Part shown: piece after piece, positions 29,628 through 43,674 of the stretch
Layout of the letters: every line of letters starts with the position of its first letter
Numbering within the stretch: the first letter of the stretch is position 1
From: an uncultured Alphaproteobacteria bacterium
Lineage (GTDB): Bacteria > Pseudomonadota > Alphaproteobacteria > HIMB59 > GCA-002718135
Assembly (NCBI GenBank): GCA_902628835.1
Contig: CACOPD010000002.1
Span: 16,218 to 80,217 of the forward strand
Direction: 5' to 3'
DNA length: 64,000 nt
The notes under the pieces: generated by a model
Seen by the model: the letters and a program-made list of their open reading frames with translations, nothing else
What the model was told of the DNA's origin: nothing
Database searches by the model: none
Made by a program: the position numbers and the translations under genes

Positions 29628-31529
29628 ATGAAAAACATCAGTAAAAACGTTGTATTATGGATAATAATTGGATTGCTCTTAATCGTACTTTTCAATCTCT
29701 TTCAAGGAACCTCTAACAATAGAAATACTTCAAAAATATCCTTTTCTGACTTCATAGCAGCTACTGAAAGTGGAAACGTTTCTGAAGTAAATATTAATGG
29801 TAGCAATGTTACAGGATTTTTAAATGACGGTCGATCATTTAGCACATATGTTCCTAATTATCCCAATTTGGTAGATAAATTAAATGAAAGTGGAGTAAAA
29901 ATTACTGCTGAGCCTTCTGAAAGATCAATGCATCCACTTCTAAGTGTATTACTGTCATGGTTTCCTATGCTTCTTTTAATTGGAGTTTGGATCTTCTTTA
30001 TGCGCCAAATGCAAGGCGGTGGTGGAAAAGCAATGGGCTTTGGTAAATCTAAAGCTAAATTATTAAACGAGGCTGTAGGTAAAGTTACATTTGACGACGT
30101 AGCAGGTATTGATGAAGCTAAACAAGAATTAGAAGAAGTTGTTGAATTTTTAAAAGATCCTTCAAAGTTTTCCAGATTAGGGGGTAAGATTCCAAGAGGC
30201 GCACTTCTAGTAGGCCCCCCAGGTACTGGAAAAACACTACTTGCAAGAGCAATTGCAGGTGAAGCAAATGTTCCTTTCTTTTCTATTTCAGGATCAGATT
30301 TTGTTGAAATGTTTGTAGGGGTTGGAGCTAGTAGAGTTAGAGATATGTTTGACCAAGGTAAAAAAAATGCACCTTGTATAGTTTTTATTGATGAAATTGA
30401 TGCTGTTGGAAGACACCGTGGCGCCGGTCTTGGTGGTGGGAATGATGAAAGAGAACAAACTCTTAATCAACTTCTTGTAGAAATGGATGGGTTTGAAGCA
30501 AATGCGGGTGTAATTATAATTGCCGCAACAAACAGACCTGATGTTCTTGACCCAGCTTTGCTTAGACCAGGAAGATTTGACCGTCAAATAACAGTTAATA
30601 ATCCTGATGTAATGGGAAGAGACAAAATACTCAAAGTTCATATTAAAAAAATTAAAGTTTCACCAAAATTTGACTCCAAAATTATTGCAAGGGGAACGCC
30701 AGGTTTTTCTGGAGCTGATTTAGCAAATTTAGTCAATGAAGCAGCATTACTAGCGGCTAGAAAAAATAAAAGAATGGTTACACTTGAGGATTTTGAAAGT
30801 GCCAAAGACAAAGTTATGATGGGTGCTGAAAAAAGATCTATGGTCATGTCAGAAGACGAAAAGAAACTTACAGCCTATCATGAAGCTGGTCATGCAGTAG
30901 CAACTCTTCACTCACCAGCTTCCGATCCGATACATAAAGCGACTATAATTCCGAGAGGTAGAGCCTTAGGCATGGTTATGAGACTTCCTGAAAAAGATCA
31001 GCTGTCTATGCGAAAAGATCAAATGAAAGCGCACTTATTAATAGCAACTGGTGGCAGAATTGCAGAAGAAATGATTTTTGGTAAAGATAAAATTACAAAT
31101 GGTGCGGCAAGCGATATACAAATGGTGACAAATCTATCAAAAAAAATGATTACTGAATGGGGTATGAGTGAAAAATTAGGCCGTCTGAGATATAACAGTG
31201 ATAGTGAGGAAGTTTTCCTTGGGCATTCTGTTGCACAATCCAAAAATTTATCTGACTCAACAGCAAAATTAATTGATGAAGAGGTTAGATCTCTTGCAGA
31301 AGAGGCTGAAAATAATTGTAGAAAAATTCTTCAAGATAATATTGAAGAATTGCATATAGTTGCTAAGGGTCTTTTAGAGTATGAAACATTATCAGGTGAT
31401 GAAATTAAAGATTTAATAAAAGGTATAAAACCAACTCGAGATGATTTTGATAATGATATTAACACACCAAAAAAACCAGCCACATCTGTTCCAAAAACAG
31501 GCGGTTCAGCTACGGCACCAGCAAACTAA
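29628..31529 (+). CDS. ftsH: ATP-dependent zinc metalloprotease FtsH
   Basis: 633 aa with Walker [18 protein letters not shown] and the zinc motif HEAGHAV. Confidence 0.97.
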   Translation: MKNISKNVVLWIIIGLLLIVLFNLFQGTSNNRNTSKISFSDFIAATESGNVSEVNINGSNVTGFLNDGRSFSTYVPNYPNLVDKLNESGVKITAEPSERSMHPLLSVLLSWFPMLLLIGVWIFFMRQMQGGGGKAMGFGKSKAKLLNEAVGKVTFDDVAGIDEAKQELEEVVEFLKDPSKFSRLGGKIPRGALLVGPPGTGKTLLARAIAGEANVPFFSISGSDFVEMFVGVGASRVRDMFDQGKKNAPCIVFIDEIDAVGRHRGAGLGGGNDEREQTLNQLLVEMDGFEANAGVIIIAATNRPDVLDPALLRPGRFDRQITVNNPDVMGRDKILKVHIKKIKVSPKFDSKIIARGTPGFSGADLANLVNEAALLAARKNKRMVTLEDFESAKDKVMMGAEKRSMVMSEDEKKLTAYHEAGHAVATLHSPASDPIHKATIIPRGRALGMVMRLPEKDQLSMRKDQMKAHLLIATGGRIAEEMIFGKDKITNGAASDIQMVTNLSKKMITEWGMSEKLGRLRYNSDSEEVFLGHSVAQSKNLSDSTAKLIDEEVRSLAEEAENNCRKILQDNIEELHIVAKGLLEYETLSGDEIKDLIKGIKPTRDDFDNDINTPKKPATSVPKTGGSATAPAN

Positions 31530-31573
31530 TTTAATTACTTCACTTTATTTATATTTTTGAATAAAAGACACAA

Positions 31574-32921
31574 ATGTCTAAAATATTTGGTACCGATGGT
31601 ATACGGTGCTTAGTTAATGAGGAGCCCCTTTCTGCAGAAACCTGTCTAAAAATATCAAAGACAGTAGCATTTCTTCTCAAAAAGAAAAATTCTAAAAATA
31701 GTAGGGTTGTAATCTGTAAAGATACAAGATTATCTGGTTATTTATACGAGCCTCTTGTTACAGCTGGATTTATTTCTATGGGCATGGATGTAATTTTAGT
31801 TGGTCCACTTCCAACACCTGCCGTACCATTGATGATTAAAACTTTAAGAGCTGATATTGGTGTAATGATTACAGCTTCTCATAATACATATGAATATAAC
31901 GGACTTAAATTTTTTGATAGTACTGGAACAAAATTAAGTTCATCAATAGAGCAAAAGGTTGAAAATATAGTTTTAAATAATAAAAAATATTCTAAAGTAA
32001 CAAACAACACATTTGTATCTGGAAATGCAAAAAGACTAGAAGATGCTTCAGGCAGATACTTAGAATTTTTAAAGAGTACTTTAAATAAAACATCATCCAA
32101 GAAAAAATTAAAAATTGTTTTAGATTGTGCGAATGGGGCTACATACAATATAGCCCCAAATTTATTTTGGGAATTGGGTCATAATGTAATAGCCATAAAT
32201 AATAATCCCGATGGTTTGAATATTAATAAAAATTGTGGCGCAGTTGACGTTAAATCACTTTCACAAAATGTTATAAAAGAAAAGGCAGATATTGGATTTG
32301 CATTTGATGGTGATGGAGATAGGTTAATAGTTGTTGATGAAGAAGGAAAAGAAGTTGATGGTGATAAGATTATAGGATTGCTATGTAAAAGTTATGTAAA
32401 ACCTAAAAAAAAATCTAATCAATATGATGTTATTATAACAGTTATGTCTAATATGGGGTTAGAAAATTATCTTACGAATAAATTAAAATTAAATATTAAA
32501 CGAACAGCTGTAGGAGATATAAACGTTATAAATCAAATGAAAAAATCCAAATCTATGATTGGTGGTGAACAATCAGGACATATAATCTTGTCAGAACACT
32601 CTAATACTGGAGATGGAATTTTAGCAGCTCTAAAAATTACTGAAATTTTGATATCAAATAAAAATAAGGCAAGTAAACTTTTTGATTTGTACAATGATTT
32701 TCCTCAAGATAAAATTAACTTAAGGTATAAAAAAAAGAATACCAAACTGTTGAAAATTCTTGGTAAGTTAAAAAATGATAAACTATATAATAATAAAAAA
32801 ATAAGATCTCTTGTTAGGTTATCTGGAACTGAGCCATTAGTAAGAATACTAGTTGAAGGGCAAGAAATTACCGAGGTTAAAAAGAAGTCTTTAGAAATAA
32901 AAAGATTAGTAAGGCCCTATC

Positions 32922-32929
<8 letters not shown>
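31574..32929 (+). CDS. glmM: Phosphoglucosamine mutase
   Basis: 451 aa with the active-site region TASHNTYEYNGLKFF and the Mg site FDGDGDR. Confidence 0.9.
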
Positions 32930-36157
<3,228 letters not shown>

Positions 36158-36187
36158 AATACGCCTATATCACAAATAAAATATAAT

Positions 36188-37159
36188 TTAATATTTAAGC
36201 AATAATTCAATTAAATTCTTAAAATCTTCAGGAATTTCAATATCAAAATCCATCCTTTTTTTTGATGTAGGATGATCAAAACCAAGATGATAAGCATGCA
36301 ATGCTTGTCTTTCAAAATTTTTTAAAATCATGAATTTATTAAATGTATTTTTATCTTTTCCAAATTGATTGATTTTACTTTTTCCATAAATCTTATCACC
36401 AATGATTGGAGAATTTTTAGAAGTTAAATGAAGTCTAATTTGATGTGTTCTTCCAGTATGTAAATGGCAGTCAACTAAACTTGCAATACCAAAAGTTTTT
36501 TCTAATATAATATCGGTTTTAGAATATTTTCCAAAACCCTTATTATTTAAACTCATTTTTTTTCTATTTTTTCTATTTCTCTCTATGTACCCTTCAATTG
36601 ATTGATTATCAGGAGTTCCCCAAACTATTGCTTTATATCTTCGAGATATCGTATGTTCCTTGAATTGTTCGGCTAAATTAATATGAACATTATTATTTTT
36701 TGCAACAACAAGTATTCCACTTGTATCTTTATCTAAACGATGGATTATTCCCGGTCTAGCATTATCATTTAAATTGCTCAGTTGATTATTAGTATAATGC
36801 ATAAGGGCATTTACAAGAGTGCCACTTTCGTTTCCTGGAGCTGGATGCATAACTAAATTTGGAGGTTTATTTATAATAATTAAATCTTCATCTTCAAAAA
36901 TAATATTTAATTTAATATTTTCAGCTGAGTGTTTCGTTTCTTGTTTTAAGATAATATTTATGGAATAATTTTCATTTTCTTTAGTTATGTAAGACGGATC
37001 TTTGATCTCCTTTTCATCAAGAGTTACATTACCATTTAATATTAAAGTTTTTATTTGTGTTCTTGAATATCCTTCCAATTCTGAAACGAGAACTTTATCT
37101 AATCTTTGCAAACTTAATTGTTTATTTATAGTTAATTTAAGATTATAGAATTCGCTCAT
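36188..37159 (-). CDS. rluD: RluA-family 23S rRNA pseudouridine synthase (RluD-like)
   Basis: 323 aa with an N-terminal S4 domain and the catalytic motif HRLDKDTSGILVVAK. Confidence 0.85.
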   Translation of the reverse strand: MSEFYNLKLTINKQLSLQRLDKVLVSELEGYSRTQIKTLILNGNVTLDEKEIKDPSYITKENENYSINIILKQETKHSAENIKLNIIFEDEDLIIINKPPNLVMHPAPGNESGTLVNALMHYTNNQLSNLNDNARPGIIHRLDKDTSGILVVAKNNNVHINLAEQFKEHTISRRYKAIVWGTPDNQSIEGYIERNRKNRKKMSLNNKGFGKYSKTDIILEKTFGIASLVDCHLHTGRTHQIRLHLTSKNSPIIGDKIYGKSKINQFGKDKNTFNKFMILKNFERQALHAYHLGFDHPTSKKRMDFDIEIPEDFKNLIELLLKY

Positions 37160-37451
37160 GTCTCAAAAAATTCTTAAATTTATTGTAATATTTTTAGGTA
37201 TATTAATTGTTATTTGTTTTTTAGCTCTTGTTTATGGTTTGTATATAAAAACAACTAAAAAACAAAGTAATTTAGAAACAAATTTAATCGATTACAATTT
37301 AAATTTAGAAAAAGGGCATAAAATTACAGATATAGATATGATTGATAATAATAGGATTTTGTTTACAATAAAAAGTAATGATAAAGTTTATGCTTTAATA
37401 TATGATATAGAAACATCAAATATTACAAAAATAGATACATCTAATGAATAA
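37158..37451 (+). CDS. Hypothetical membrane-anchored protein
   Basis: 97 aa with a single N-terminal TM helix (ILKFIVIFLGILIVICFLALVYGLYI). Its stop overlaps the xseB start by 8 nt, and its start codon overlaps the rluD start codon. Confidence 0.4.
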   Translation: MSQKILKFIVIFLGILIVICFLALVYGLYIKTTKKQSNLETNLIDYNLNLEKGHKITDIDMIDNNRILFTIKSNDKVYALIYDIETSNITKIDTSNE

Positions 37452-37662
37452 AGATAATAATTTTGAAAATAATTTAAAAAAACTTGAGTCTATTGTAGAG
37501 AAATTAGAAAATGGTGAAGTTGATTTAGAACAATCTGTAAAACTTTACGAAGAAGGAATGAATTTAAAAAAAGCATGTGAGGAAAAATTAAAAAGTATTG
37601 AAAGCCAAATTAAAAAAATTAAGCAAGAAAACAATAAAGTCACAAAAGAAGATTTTAAGTAA
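37444..37662 (+). CDS. xseB: Exodeoxyribonuclease VII small subunit
   Basis: 72 aa with FENNLKKLESIVEKLENGEVDLEQSVKLYEEGMNLKKACEEKL, which is typical of XseB. Confidence 0.8.
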   Translation: MNKDNNFENNLKKLESIVEKLENGEVDLEQSVKLYEEGMNLKKACEEKLKSIESQIKKIKQENNKVTKEDFK

Positions 37663-37671
37663 TTTTCAAAT

Positions 37672-38421
37672 TTGAGCAAAAACCTAAAAATAAGACTTGA
37701 TCAGCTTTTAATTGACAGAAACTTAGCTGAAACTAAATCAAAAGCCCAATCTATGATTATGGCCGGCCAAGTTTATGTAAACGATAAAATTATTACCAAA
37801 AGTGGTACCAGTTTTAATGAAAACTCAAAAATAAAAATTAAACAACTTCATCCTCCGTGGGTATCGAGAGGTGCATTCAAATTACTGAAAGCGATTGATC
37901 ATTTTAAGATTGATATTGAAAATAAAATTTGTCTAGATATAGGTTCATCAACTGGTGGCTTCACAGAAGTTCTTTTAAAAAAAAATGCTAAAAAAATATA
38001 TTCTATTGATGTTGGTACAAATCAACTTCATGAAAAATTAAAAAAAGAAAATAAAATTATCAGTGTAGAAAATTTTAATGCTAAATATTTAGATAACTCA
38101 ATAATTCATGAAAAAATTAATTTGGTAGTCTGTGATGTTAGTTTCATAAGTCTAACAAAGGTTGTAAAACCTAGCTTGAAGCTGTTATCAAGTAAAGCTG
38201 AGATTATTTCACTAATTAAGCCCCAATTTGAAACTAATAAAATAAATTTGAAAAAAGGTATTGTGAAAGACCCATTGATTCACGAACAAGTATGCAATGA
38301 TATATCGAATTGGTTTAAAAAAACGATTAAGGCTGAAGTGGTTGGTTTAGTTGAAAGCCCAATAACTGGACCAAAAGGGAATAAAGAGTTTTTGATTTAT
38401 AGTATTTTAAAGAAATCTTAA
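37672..38421 (+). CDS. tlyA: TlyA family rRNA 2'-O-methyltransferase
   Basis: 249 aa with a TTG start, an S4 domain ([27 protein letters not shown]) and the FtsJ-like SAM motif [15 protein letters not shown]. Confidence 0.85.
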   Translation: MSKNLKIRLDQLLIDRNLAETKSKAQSMIMAGQVYVNDKIITKSGTSFNENSKIKIKQLHPPWVSRGAFKLLKAIDHFKIDIENKICLDIGSSTGGFTEVLLKKNAKKIYSIDVGTNQLHEKLKKENKIISVENFNAKYLDNSIIHEKINLVVCDVSFISLTKVVKPSLKLLSSKAEIISLIKPQFETNKINLKKGIVKDPLIHEQVCNDISNWFKKTIKAEVVGLVESPITGPKGNKEFLIYSILKKS

Positions 38422-39477
38422 ACAATGATCAGCTATAGTTGTGGCAACCATTGCTTCACCAACAGGAACAGCTCTTATACCAACACATGGATCATGACGA
38501 CCTTTAGTAGATATTGTTGTTTCTTTTAATTTTGTATTAATTGTTTTTTTTGTCGATAAAATAGAACTTGTCGGTTTTACTACAAATCTAGTAATTAACT
38601 CTTGGCCAGTTGTAATGCCTCCAAGAACTCCACCGTTATTATTTGAGAGGAATAAAGGTTTTTTATTTTTAATTCTCATTTCATCAACATTAGAAATTCC
38701 AGTTTCATAAACACTGCTAAAACCATTTCCCATTTCTACACCCTTAACAGCATTGATAGACATCAATGCCTTAGCTATATCAGAGTCTATTTTTTCATAA
38801 ATAGGTTCTCCTAATCCAGCGGGCAAACCTTTTACTCTAATTTCAATTATGGCACCTAAAGAGGAGCCAGATTTTCTTGCAGTTTGTATTTCGTTTTCCC
38901 ATATTTTAATAATTTCTTTATCAGGACTCCAAAAATTATTTTTTGGAATAAAGTTATTATTCCAATTATCATAATTAATTTTATGATTACCTATTTGAAT
39001 TAATGCACCTGTTATTACAACTTGATTTTTAATTTTATTTTTTATGATTTTTCTTGCTATTGCCCCTGCTGCTACTCTCATCGCAGTCTCTCTTGCACTA
39101 GATCTGCCACCACCCCTATAATCTCTTATGCCATATTTTTTCCAATATGTGTAATCTGCATGACCTGGTCTAAATTTACTTTTGATATCACCATAATCTT
39201 TTGATCTCTGATCTTGGTTGTAAATAATTAGAGAAATAGGATGACCTGTTGTTTTTCCTTCAAAAGTTCCTGATAGTATTTCAATTTTATCCTTTTCTTT
39301 TCTTTGAGTTGTAAATTTCGACTGACCAGGTTTTCTTTTATCTAAATAGGGTTGAATATCTTTTTCAGATAAATTTATGTTAGATGGAACTCCATCGACT
39401 ACGCAACCTATAGCTTTGCCATGGCTTTCTCCCCATGTAGTAAAATTAAAGATTTTTCCTATTGAATTAGAAGTCAT
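38407..39477 (-). CDS. aroC: Chorismate synthase
   Basis: 356 aa with TWGESHG and [11 protein letters not shown]. Confidence 0.95.
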   Translation of the reverse strand: MTSNSIGKIFNFTTWGESHGKAIGCVVDGVPSNINLSEKDIQPYLDKRKPGQSKFTTQRKEKDKIEILSGTFEGKTTGHPISLIIYNQDQRSKDYGDIKSKFRPGHADYTYWKKYGIRDYRGGGRSSARETAMRVAAGAIARKIIKNKIKNQVVITGALIQIGNHKINYDNWNNNFIPKNNFWSPDKEIIKIWENEIQTARKSGSSLGAIIEIRVKGLPAGLGEPIYEKIDSDIAKALMSINAVKGVEMGNGFSSVYETGISNVDEMRIKNKKPLFLSNNNGGVLGGITTGQELITRFVVKPTSSILSTKKTINTKLKETTISTKGRHDPCVGIRAVPVGEAMVATTIADHCLRFL

Positions 39478-40301
39478 TTTTTAGAATTTGTAAATTCACC
39501 TAATAATTCAGAAACACTTTCACTCTCATCAACTGCAACCATTCCTACAGTATGATAACCACAATCGACATGTTGTATCTCACCAGTAACGGCACTCCCA
39601 AGATCACTTAAGAGATACAAAGCAGAATTTCCAACATCTTGCTGATTTACATTTCTTTTAAGTGGTGCATTAAGCTCGTTCCATTTTAGAATAAACCTAA
39701 AATCACCTATTCCTGAGGCTGCCAAAGTTTTAATTGGGCCAGCACTTATGGCATTAACTCTTATACTTTTTTCTCCCAAATCAACTGCTAAATATCTAAC
39801 ACTCGCCTCTAAAGCTGCTTTTGCAACTCCCATAACATTATAATGAGGCATAACTTGTTCTGATCCATAATATGTTAAAGTTAAAATTGATCCCCCATTA
39901 TTCATTAAAGGTTCTACAAGTCTACAAGCCTCTGTAAATGAATAACATGATATATGCATAGTTTGTTTAAAATTTTCAGAAGATGTATTGTAGTATTTAC
40001 CTCTTAATTCATCTTTGTTTGAAAAACCAATTCCATGAACAAGAAAATCTAATTCACCCCATTTATTTTTAAGTGTTTCAAAAACATTATTCATACTTTG
40101 TGAGTCTGAAACATCACAAGGAATAATAGTATTAGAGCCTATTTCTTCAGCAAGTGGTTGAACTCTTTTCTTTAGAGCTTCTCCTTGATAAGTAAGTGCA
40201 ATTTCTGCTCCTTGTTCTGCTAATTTTTTCGCAATACCCCAAGCAATAGATCTGTCATTTGCCACTCCCATAATCAGACCTTTTTTATTTTGCATCAACA
40301 T
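39474..40301 (-). CDS. fabI: Enoyl-[acyl-carrier-protein] reductase (NADH), FabI
   Basis: [25 protein letters not shown]. The ORF-track start at 40376 adds 25 implausible residues, so the ATG at 40301 ([12 protein letters not shown]) is preferred. Confidence 0.9.
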   Translation of the reverse strand: MLMQNKKGLIMGVANDRSIAWGIAKKLAEQGAEIALTYQGEALKKRVQPLAEEIGSNTIIPCDVSDSQSMNNVFETLKNKWGELDFLVHGIGFSNKDELRGKYYNTSSENFKQTMHISCYSFTEACRLVEPLMNNGGSILTLTYYGSEQVMPHYNVMGVAKAALEASVRYLAVDLGEKSIRVNAISAGPIKTLAASGIGDFRFILKWNELNAPLKRNVNQQDVGNSALYLLSDLGSAVTGEIQHVDCGYHTVGMVAVDESESVSELLGEFTNSKK

Positions 40302-40370
40302 ATTGTAAATCAGTGTTTTTTTATAAATATAGATATATATACTTATAAAAATAATATTCATATCTATAAT

Positions 40371-40976
40371 ATGCAATCAAATCAAAAATTAATAAATTCT
40401 GATAAAAAACCAATTGAACTGTTTCAAGAATGGTTTGAAGAGGCAAAGAAAAGTGAAATTAATGATCCAAATGCTATGAACCTTGCTACTATATCCTCTG
40501 ATGGCAAACCCAGCTCACGAATTGTTTTACTTAAATCATATGATGATAAAGGTTTTGTTTTTTACACAAACTCAAATAGTAAAAAAGGTAGAGCAATTCA
40601 AAACAACAATAGTGTAGCTTTAAATTTTCATTGGAAAACACTTCAAAGACAAATAAGAATTGAAGGTAATGTTTCACAAATTTCTAACGCTGAAGCTGAT
40701 GAATATTACAATTCAAGGCCTCTAGGAAGTAGAATAGGAGCTTGGGCTTCATTACAGTCAGAAGAACTAAATGATAGATCAATATTAACTAAAAGAGTAG
40801 AAGAGTTTGAAAAAAAATTTTCAGATAATGATGTGCCAAGACCTCCACATTGGAATGGTTATTTAGTAACGCCTGTATTAATTGAATTTTGGCAAGATAT
40901 GCCATTTAGATTGCATGACAGACTTGAATTTCGTATGGAAAATGATGGTTGGGTTACTAGAAAATTATATCCTTAA
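40371..40976 (+). CDS. pdxH: Pyridoxamine 5'-phosphate oxidase
   Basis: The motif IEFWQDMPFRLHDRLEF is present. The ATG at 40371 (MQSNQKL) is preferred over the upstream ORF-track start at 40290. Confidence 0.9.
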   Translation: MQSNQKLINSDKKPIELFQEWFEEAKKSEINDPNAMNLATISSDGKPSSRIVLLKSYDDKGFVFYTNSNSKKGRAIQNNNSVALNFHWKTLQRQIRIEGNVSQISNAEADEYYNSRPLGSRIGAWASLQSEELNDRSILTKRVEEFEKKFSDNDVPRPPHWNGYLVTPVLIEFWQDMPFRLHDRLEFRMENDGWVTRKLYP

Positions 40977-41407
40977 TTATCTTCTTTCCATTTTTGTAAA
41001 ATCCATGAACTAGAATTTGATTTATTGTCACCGCCTATACCCCAAAGTAACTGTATATTATTTTTTTTACAGAATATTGATTCTGGTGTTGTGCTATTAT
41101 TTCTATCACCTCCATTAGCAAATTTAATAATTGATTTTGGATATTTATTTTTTACTTTTTTAAGGCCATCGATGCAGGTTTTATCTCCGTCATTAAATTC
41201 TATAACATCAATAACATTTTTTAACTCATTCATAATTATAGTTCTTTCAATAAAAGGAAGAAATTCCTTACCCTTCTTTTTTTGAAGCCATAAATCAGAA
41301 TTTAGCAAAACTACAACCTCACCATGTTTAGCAGCTTCTTTAATTAATTTTATATGACCACTGTGAATTGGATCAAAACCTCCACTGACAACAACTATTT
41401 CACGCAT
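40973..41407 (-). CDS. Cytidylyl/adenylyltransferase family protein (RfaE domain II-like)
   Basis: 144 aa with the nucleotidyltransferase HxGH motif in VVSGGFDPIHSGHIKLI. Confidence 0.7.
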   Translation of the reverse strand: MREIVVVSGGFDPIHSGHIKLIKEAAKHGEVVVLLNSDLWLQKKKGKEFLPFIERTIIMNELKNVIDVIEFNDGDKTCIDGLKKVKNKYPKSIIKFANGGDRNNSTTPESIFCKKNNIQLLWGIGGDNKSNSSSWILQKWKEDN

Positions 41408-42035
41408 ACTTGCTTCTCCATTTTTCTGGGTCTTTTAGAAATTCTTTTAAGTTTGAAACCTCATCCTCAGAATATATTTTTTCATCTTCAATATAATTTA
41501 TTATATCTTTCCAAGTGCAGAGTGAGTGCATATTTACATTTAGTTTAAATAATTCTGATTCTTTAAAATTAAAAATATCATAATAAAATATTACAAATAT
41601 ATCTTTAACTTTTAATCCAGCTTCTCGCATTGCGTTAATAAAAATTATTTTACTACCTCCATCAGTAGCTAGATCTTCAACTAATAGAGCTTTTTGATTA
41701 TTTTCAAATTCACCTTCAATTTGTTTGTTTTTTCCAAAACCTTTTGTTTTTTTTCTAATGTAAATCATTTGTTTATCTAATTTTTGAGAAATAAATGCAG
41801 CATAGGGAATTCCAGCGGTCTCACCACCAGCAATAATTTCTCCCTCAATATTATTTTTAGTTAAATAATCTACGGCTTTATCAATTATAAAATTTCTTTC
41901 TTTTGTGAAAGAAATAATTTTTCTACAATCAACATAAACAGGGCTAGCTAAGCCTGATGTAAGAGTAAAATGTTTATGAAATGAAAAATTAATAGACTTT
42001 ATATCTACTAATATTTTAGCTATCTCTTTTGACAT
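41400..42035 (-). CDS. pyrE: Orotate phosphoribosyltransferase
   Basis: 211 aa with the PRPP-binding motif ALLVEDLATDGGSK. Confidence 0.85.
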   Translation of the reverse strand: MSKEIAKILVDIKSINFSFHKHFTLTSGLASPVYVDCRKIISFTKERNFIIDKAVDYLTKNNIEGEIIAGGETAGIPYAAFISQKLDKQMIYIRKKTKGFGKNKQIEGEFENNQKALLVEDLATDGGSKIIFINAMREAGLKVKDIFVIFYYDIFNFKESELFKLNVNMHSLCTWKDIINYIEDEKIYSEDEVSNLKEFLKDPEKWRSKYA

Positions 42036-42039
42036 TTTT

Positions 42040-42513
42040 TTAAGTTATTTGTGCAATATGTTCAAATGATAAATTTCCAGGCACAATCATTATTGGTATT
42101 CTAAGGTTTGTTATTTCATTACTCACCAGAGAAGTTATTATTGGACCAGGATTTTTACTATTTGAATCAGTATTGGCAGCTAAAACAAGAACATTAATAT
42201 TTTTTTCCTCATCTAATAATTGTTTTAATTCAGCTATAGTATCCCCCTCTCTTAAAGAGAGAGCAGGATAGTCACCTGTTCTTTCTCGGACAAATGAGGC
42301 AGCTTTTTTAAGAATTGTTTCTGCTTCTTCTCTAGCTTCTTCTTTCATAATTTCTGTAACACCCTTGGTTGTTAGAACATCCAAAGGCTCTATGAATGTT
42401 GCGATTATAATTTTTCTTCCAGTTTTTTTTGATCTTGCACAAGCATACTCAAGAGCTGTATTCATTTCTTCTGAATTATCTGCAACAACTAGAATATATC
42501 TTTCATCACTCAT
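42040..42513 (-). CDS. Universal stress protein family protein
   Basis: 157 aa with a USP-like alpha/beta pattern (ILVVADNSEE...VLVLAAN...PIMIVPG). Confidence 0.65.
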   Translation of the reverse strand: MSDERYILVVADNSEEMNTALEYACARSKKTGRKIIIATFIEPLDVLTTKGVTEIMKEEAREEAETILKKAASFVRERTGDYPALSLREGDTIAELKQLLDEEKNINVLVLAANTDSNSKNPGPIITSLVSNEITNLRIPIMIVPGNLSFEHIAQIT

Positions 42514-43274
42514 TTACTTCTCCTAAATAAAGCAGCAGCAATCAAACCTGAAAACATTGAAAAGATAATTACAAAAACACCGTATGTAGCTGCATTTTCA
42601 TTGGCAAAATCAAATATTTGACTTCCTATACCAGTTTTTTTTATAATTATATTTTTTTGATCAGTACTCATAATTGTATTATTTCTTATATAGTAAATAT
42701 CAACATTATAAATCCCCGGTATTGTATTTGTTGGAAAAAAAACGCTTGTTTGAAATAATTTATCCTTGATCTTTTTCATTTCAAAACTTTTATAAAACGA
42801 TTGTTCTTTTTTTATTCTAACAAAATTTTCATTCCAATTTTCTTGGTCATTTTTGAAAATAAAATTTTGATTAAAAGTCTTATTATTTAAAATTTTTTCA
42901 AAACTTAGATCTTCATTAATTAATATCGATTCAGGCAAGATTTCGTGAATTTCTTTTGAGGAAGATAAAAAGAATAAAGATGGAATGTTACTATAAGTAA
43001 CGTACTGATTATTTATCCATATTCCAAAATACTTCTCTTTTTTTTGTATTCTCATTTTTGATGGCGGTCCTTTTATTGTCAAAAGTGTCTCATGATCATT
43101 TTTTAGTAATCCAAAAATAATAATTTCTTTACCATTAAAATCTGTTTTTAATTCAATACTATCCTCAGATAAGTCAAAGTAAATTTCTTCAGCATGAAGA
43201 AAGTTGTAAAATAAAATAATAGTCAAGAAAATTGATAGATTTAAAACAAACTTTATAAATAAATTTTTAATCAT
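42510..43274 (-). CDS. TIGR02186-like (Alph_Pro_TM) membrane protein
   Basis: 254 aa with an N-terminal signal/TM segment and a C-terminal TM helix (YGVFVIIFSMFSGLIAAALFRR). It sits next to a TauE/SafE gene, as this family does in alphaproteobacteria. The family call comes from context and topology. Confidence 0.45.
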   Translation of the reverse strand: MIKNLFIKFVLNLSIFLTIILFYNFLHAEEIYFDLSEDSIELKTDFNGKEIIIFGLLKNDHETLLTIKGPPSKMRIQKKEKYFGIWINNQYVTYSNIPSLFFLSSSKEIHEILPESILINEDLSFEKILNNKTFNQNFIFKNDQENWNENFVRIKKEQSFYKSFEMKKIKDKLFQTSVFFPTNTIPGIYNVDIYYIRNNTIMSTDQKNIIIKKTGIGSQIFDFANENAATYGVFVIIFSMFSGLIAAALFRRSK

Positions 43275-43674
43275 CTATTTTTATCACTTCTAAAATATAA
43301 AATTCTAAATAAAATCCAATTAATGCAAAAAAAGATACTAATAAAAAAGATGTTTTCTCAATCAATATATTAACAACTAATATATCTTTTTGCATAAGCA
43401 TATAAATTGGTATTACAGTGGATAAAATAATAATACTTAGTTTTGCAAATGAATCATTAAATAATATGTCTTTAAATATTTTGTTAAGATCTTTTTTAAT
43501 AAATACTCTGAAATTTGACCAAATATATATTTTGTTAAATGAATTTAAAACAATTAATAGAATTAAAAAATATTCAATATTCTTTAGATTAAATTCAATA
43601 GTTGTAAAAATAAAATATATGAAGAGACAAACTACGATCAATAAATTAATTGTAAAATTAAATATTGATATCAT
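43267..43674 (-). CDS. Hypothetical small polytopic membrane protein
   Basis: 135 aa with about 4 hydrophobic segments. It overlaps the upstream gene by 4 nt and the downstream gene by 8 nt. No family was recognised. Confidence 0.35.
   Translation of the reverse strand: MISIFNFTINLLIVVCLFIYFIFTTIEFNLKNIEYFLILLIVLNSFNKIYIWSNFRVFIKKDLNKIFKDILFNDSFAKLSIIILSTVIPIYMLMQKDILVVNILIEKTSFLLVSFFALIGFYLEFYILEVIKIDD

Noticed and set aside
40328-40368. A 9-bp inverted repeat TATAGATAT ... ATATCTATA in the fabI-pdxH divergent region, as a possible operator.
   Set aside because: It consists almost entirely of A/T in a very AT-rich spacer, with a 23-nt gap between the arms. Chance occurrence is plausible and I cannot test significance without a genome-wide count.
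40290-40376. ORF-track N-terminal extensions make fabI (to 40376) and pdxH (from 40290) overlap head-to-head by 87 nt.
   Set aside because: The extensions (MHIIDMNIIFISIYIYIYKK... and [20 protein letters not shown]...) are translations of the AT-rich divergent promoter region. Homologous proteins begin at the internal ATGs (40301 and 40371), leaving a normal 69-nt intergenic region.
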